A stretch of DNA of 64,000 nt from Gammaproteobacteria bacterium. GTDB taxonomy: Bacteria > Pseudomonadota > Gammaproteobacteria > JABABF01. The notes under the pieces were generated by a model. That model had not been told where the DNA came from. It did not search any database and saw nothing but the letters and a program-made list of their open reading frames with translations. Of this stretch, positions 61,397 through 64,000 are shown piece after piece. Numbering within the stretch: the stretch's first letter is position 1; the number at the start of each line of letters is the position of its first letter. The translations under genes and the position numbers were made by a program. The stretch is taken from contig OZ250153.1 of assembly GCA_965237805.1 (NCBI GenBank), positions 1,568,001 through 1,632,000 on the forward strand. Direction: 5' to 3'.

Positions 61397-63058
61397 ATGG
61401 ATACAAGCGACCAGTCGGAGCTGGACACAGCTGTTATGACCACGACGAAGGCCTCAGATATCTTCGTCCGCTGCTTGGAAAACGAGGGTGTCGAGCATGT
61501 CTTCGCGGTGCCGGGTGAAGAGAACCTCGACCTGCTCGAGTCCTTGCGCCAATCTAAAATTCGCCTGATTTTGACGCGCCACGAGCAGGGGGCGGCTTTT
61601 ATGGCCGCCACTTATGGGCGCATGACCGGCCACGCTGGGGTCTGTATGGCGACACTGGGACCTGGGGCGACCAATTTGGTCACCGCCGCTGCCTACGCAC
61701 ACCTCGGTGCCATGCCGCTGGTCATGGTGACTGGGCAGAAGCCGATACGCACCTCCAAACAGGGGCGTTTCCAGATCATTGATGTGGTGCAGATGATGCA
61801 GCCGATCACCAAATCGGCCCGCCAGATTGTCGATGCCGATATGGTGGCACCGCTAGTGCGCGATGCTTTCCGCCTCGCCGAGGAGGAGCGCCCCGGTGCG
61901 GTGCATTTGGAGCTGCCAGAGGATATTGCCGCCGAGACCACCGAGGATTGGCACCTCTACGACCCGAGTCCGGTACTGCGCCCACAAGCGGCAGAGGAGG
62001 CGGTGGAGCGGGCGGCAGAAATGATTCGCGAGGCGCATTGTCCGCTGTTGCTGGTGGGGGCAGCCGCCAACCGCCATTGGGTTTTCGAGCCCCTGACGCG
62101 CTTTGTCACCGCCTTGCAGCTGCCCTTCCTCAACACACAGATGGGCAAGGGGGTCATCAGTTGCGAGGTGGATGGTTTTCTCGGCACGGCGGCGCTGTCG
62201 GACAAAGATCTCATCCACGAAGCCTTCGAACTGAGCGATCTGGTCATCAATGTCGGTCACGATGTGATCGAAAAACCACCTTTTCTCATGCGTCGCGACA
62301 GCGCTTTCAAAGTCATCCACCTCAATTTCCAGAGTGCGGATGTCGATCCGGTCTACTTCCCGCACCATCAAGTAGTCGGCGATATCGGCAACGCCATTGA
62401 GCGCCTCGGTGCAAAACTGTCGATGGCACCCTTGCGCAGCGACCACAGCGCCCTATTGCGTCTGCGCGAGCGCATCGGCGATGCGATCCACGCCGATGAC
62501 GATGCCGCTGGCTGTCCGGTCAAGCCGCAGCGCGTGGTAGCCGAGGTGCGCAAGGGGATGGCGCAGGACGGTGTCATCGCCTTGGACAACGGCGTCTACA
62601 AGATATGGTTTGCACGCAATTATCCGACTTATCGTCCCAACACGGTGTTGCTCGACAACGCCTTGGCGACGATGGGTGCCGGACTGCCGCAGGCCATGGG
62701 GGTGGCGCTGATGTACCCGAAGCTGCAGGTGGCAGCGGTGTGCGGCGACGGTGGTTTCATGATGAACAGCCAAGAGCTGGAGACGGCCATCCGCCTCGAG
62801 TTGAATCTCTGTGTGCTGGTGTTGCGCGATGATTCTTATGGCATGATCCGTTGGAAGCAAGCGGATGCTGGCTTCCCTGATTGGGGGCTGGAATTTGGCA
62901 ATCCGGACTTCCTGCGCTACGCCGAGAGTTACGGTGCGCATGGCCACCGCGTCGAGGCTCCAGAAGACATCTCGCGCCTGTTGCGCCACGCGGCCGAGTG
63001 TGGCGGGGTCCATTTGATCGAAGTGCCTGTGGACTACAGTGAGAACGACAAAATCTAG
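61397..63058 (+). CDS. Acetolactate synthase large-subunit-like TPP enzyme
   Basis: VPGEENLD, TRHEQGAAFMA, TLGPGATN, LDNALATMGAGLP, GDGGFMMNSQELETA. Alternative start ATG 61436. Confidence 0.93.
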   Translation: MDTSDQSELDTAVMTTTKASDIFVRCLENEGVEHVFAVPGEENLDLLESLRQSKIRLILTRHEQGAAFMAATYGRMTGHAGVCMATLGPGATNLVTAAAYAHLGAMPLVMVTGQKPIRTSKQGRFQIIDVVQMMQPITKSARQIVDADMVAPLVRDAFRLAEEERPGAVHLELPEDIAAETTEDWHLYDPSPVLRPQAAEEAVERAAEMIREAHCPLLLVGAAANRHWVFEPLTRFVTALQLPFLNTQMGKGVISCEVDGFLGTAALSDKDLIHEAFELSDLVINVGHDVIEKPPFLMRRDSAFKVIHLNFQSADVDPVYFPHHQVVGDIGNAIERLGAKLSMAPLRSDHSALLRLRERIGDAIHADDDAAGCPVKPQRVVAEVRKGMAQDGVIALDNGVYKIWFARNYPTYRPNTVLLDNALATMGAGLPQAMGVALMYPKLQVAAVCGDGGFMMNSQELETAIRLELNLCVLVLRDDSYGMIRWKQADAGFPDWGLEFGNPDFLRYAESYGAHGHRVEAPEDISRLLRHAAECGGVHLIEVPVDYSENDKI

Positions 63059-63113
63059 TTGGCTGAAGCGGGCGCTGTTCGCGTCGGTTTGGGTCGCTCT
63101 AGAGGCGATGTAG

Positions 63114-64000
63114 ATGTCAGAATTGGAAATCGTCAACGCCTATAGTCGCGCAGTTTTGCGGCGCTTGCCGCTGCTTAGTGCCGCAGAGATTGAGGCGATG
63201 TTGGAGCGCGCATCAGCGTTGCACCGGAGTGCCGATGCGCCGTTGCCACCGTGGCGGCGCTTGGAGATCTTGGAGCGCCTTGCCACTCTGATGGCCGAGC
63301 GTGCCGAGTCCTTGGCGCAGCTGATCGCCACCGAGGGGGGCAAGCCCCTGCGCGATGCCCGCGTCGAGGCCGAGCGCGCCGTCGGCGGGGTGCGCGATGC
63401 CAGCGCCGCATTGCGCAAGCTGGCAGGGGAGGAGATCCCGATGGGGCTCAGCGCCGCCAGCGTCGGACGGCTCGCCTTCACCACCCGCGAGCCGTGCGGA
63501 GTGGTGGTGGCGGTCAGCGCCTTCAATCATCCGCTCAACCTGATCGTGCACCAAGTGGTGCCGGCCATTGCCGTGGGCTGTCCGGTGATCGTCAAGCCAG
63601 CTCCGCAGGTGCCGCTGTGCTGTTTGGAGTTTGCCGAGCTCTGCGCTCAGGCTGGTCTGCCCGAGGGCTGGTTACAGCTGGCCTATTGTGGCAATGAGGA
63701 GGCCGAGCGCTTGGTGACCGACCAGCGCGTGGCTTTTTTCAGTTTTATTGGCTCATCGCGCGTCGGCTGGATGCTGCGCTCGCGCTTGGCCCCCGGCACG
63801 CGCTGCGCATTGGAGCATGGTGGGGCTGCGCCGGTCATCATGCTCGACGATGCTGACTGCGCGGCGGCGGTGCCACTACTCGCCAAGGGCGGCTATTACC
63901 ATGCTGGCCAAGTGTGTGTCTCGGTGCAGCGTGTCTTTGCCACAGCTGCGCGTGCGGGCGATTTGGCGCGGCAGCTGGCCGATTGCGCACGCGGCCTGCG
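63114..64000 (+). CDS. Aldehyde dehydrogenase (runs off the window end; not in the ORF track)
   Basis: ATG at 63114 (MSELEIVNAYS...) is followed in frame by EGGKP, REPCGVVVAVSAFNHPLNL, VKPA, FIGS, LEHGGAAP and YHAGQVCVSVQR. Confidence 0.93.
   Translation, partial: MSELEIVNAYSRAVLRRLPLLSAAEIEAMLERASALHRSADAPLPPWRRLEILERLATLMAERAESLAQLIATEGGKPLRDARVEAERAVGGVRDASAALRKLAGEEIPMGLSAASVGRLAFTTREPCGVVVAVSAFNHPLNLIVHQVVPAIAVGCPVIVKPAPQVPLCCLEFAELCAQAGLPEGWLQLAYCGNEEAERLVTDQRVAFFSFIGSSRVGWMLRSRLAPGTRCALEHGGAAPVIMLDDADCAAAVPLLAKGGYYHAGQVCVSVQRVFATAARAGDLARQLADCARGL

Overview
High-GC bacterial chromosome segment, most likely gammaproteobacterial (single-chain PurL, bimodular QueF, secD/secF, suhB/trmJ, xseA). 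From left to right: (1) the tail of a type IVb/MSHA-like pilus cluster (two SPOR proteins, a lipoprotein secretin, a PilO-like protein); (2) an SDR and a cytochrome P450; (3) a housekeeping run (spermidine-synthase-like fusion, RfbH-like enzyme, queF, guaB, guaA, tadA, a frameshifted and compositionally mosaic purL, secD, secF); (4) a multidomain S8 subtilase coupled to suhB; (5) trmJ; (6) a ~22.3-kb gene for a ~7,400-aa secreted protein with about 75 tandem ~93-94-aa Ig-like repeats, split by a few indels that look like consensus errors; (7) rfbD and xseA; (8) a lipid/steroid-catabolism-like region (acyl-CoA ligase, SDRs, F420-dependent reductase, HtrA, acyl-CoA dehydrogenase, acetolactate synthase, ALDH). 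The best candidate for an undescribed system is this: the giant protein has a cohesin-like N-terminal domain and a tandem dockerin/EF-hand-like C-terminus, and the nearby subtilase ends in the same kind of tandem dockerin-like module. This suggests a non-cellulosomal cohesin-dockerin scaffold that displays a protease at the end of a very long stalk. All domain calls come from motif recognition by eye; no searches were run.
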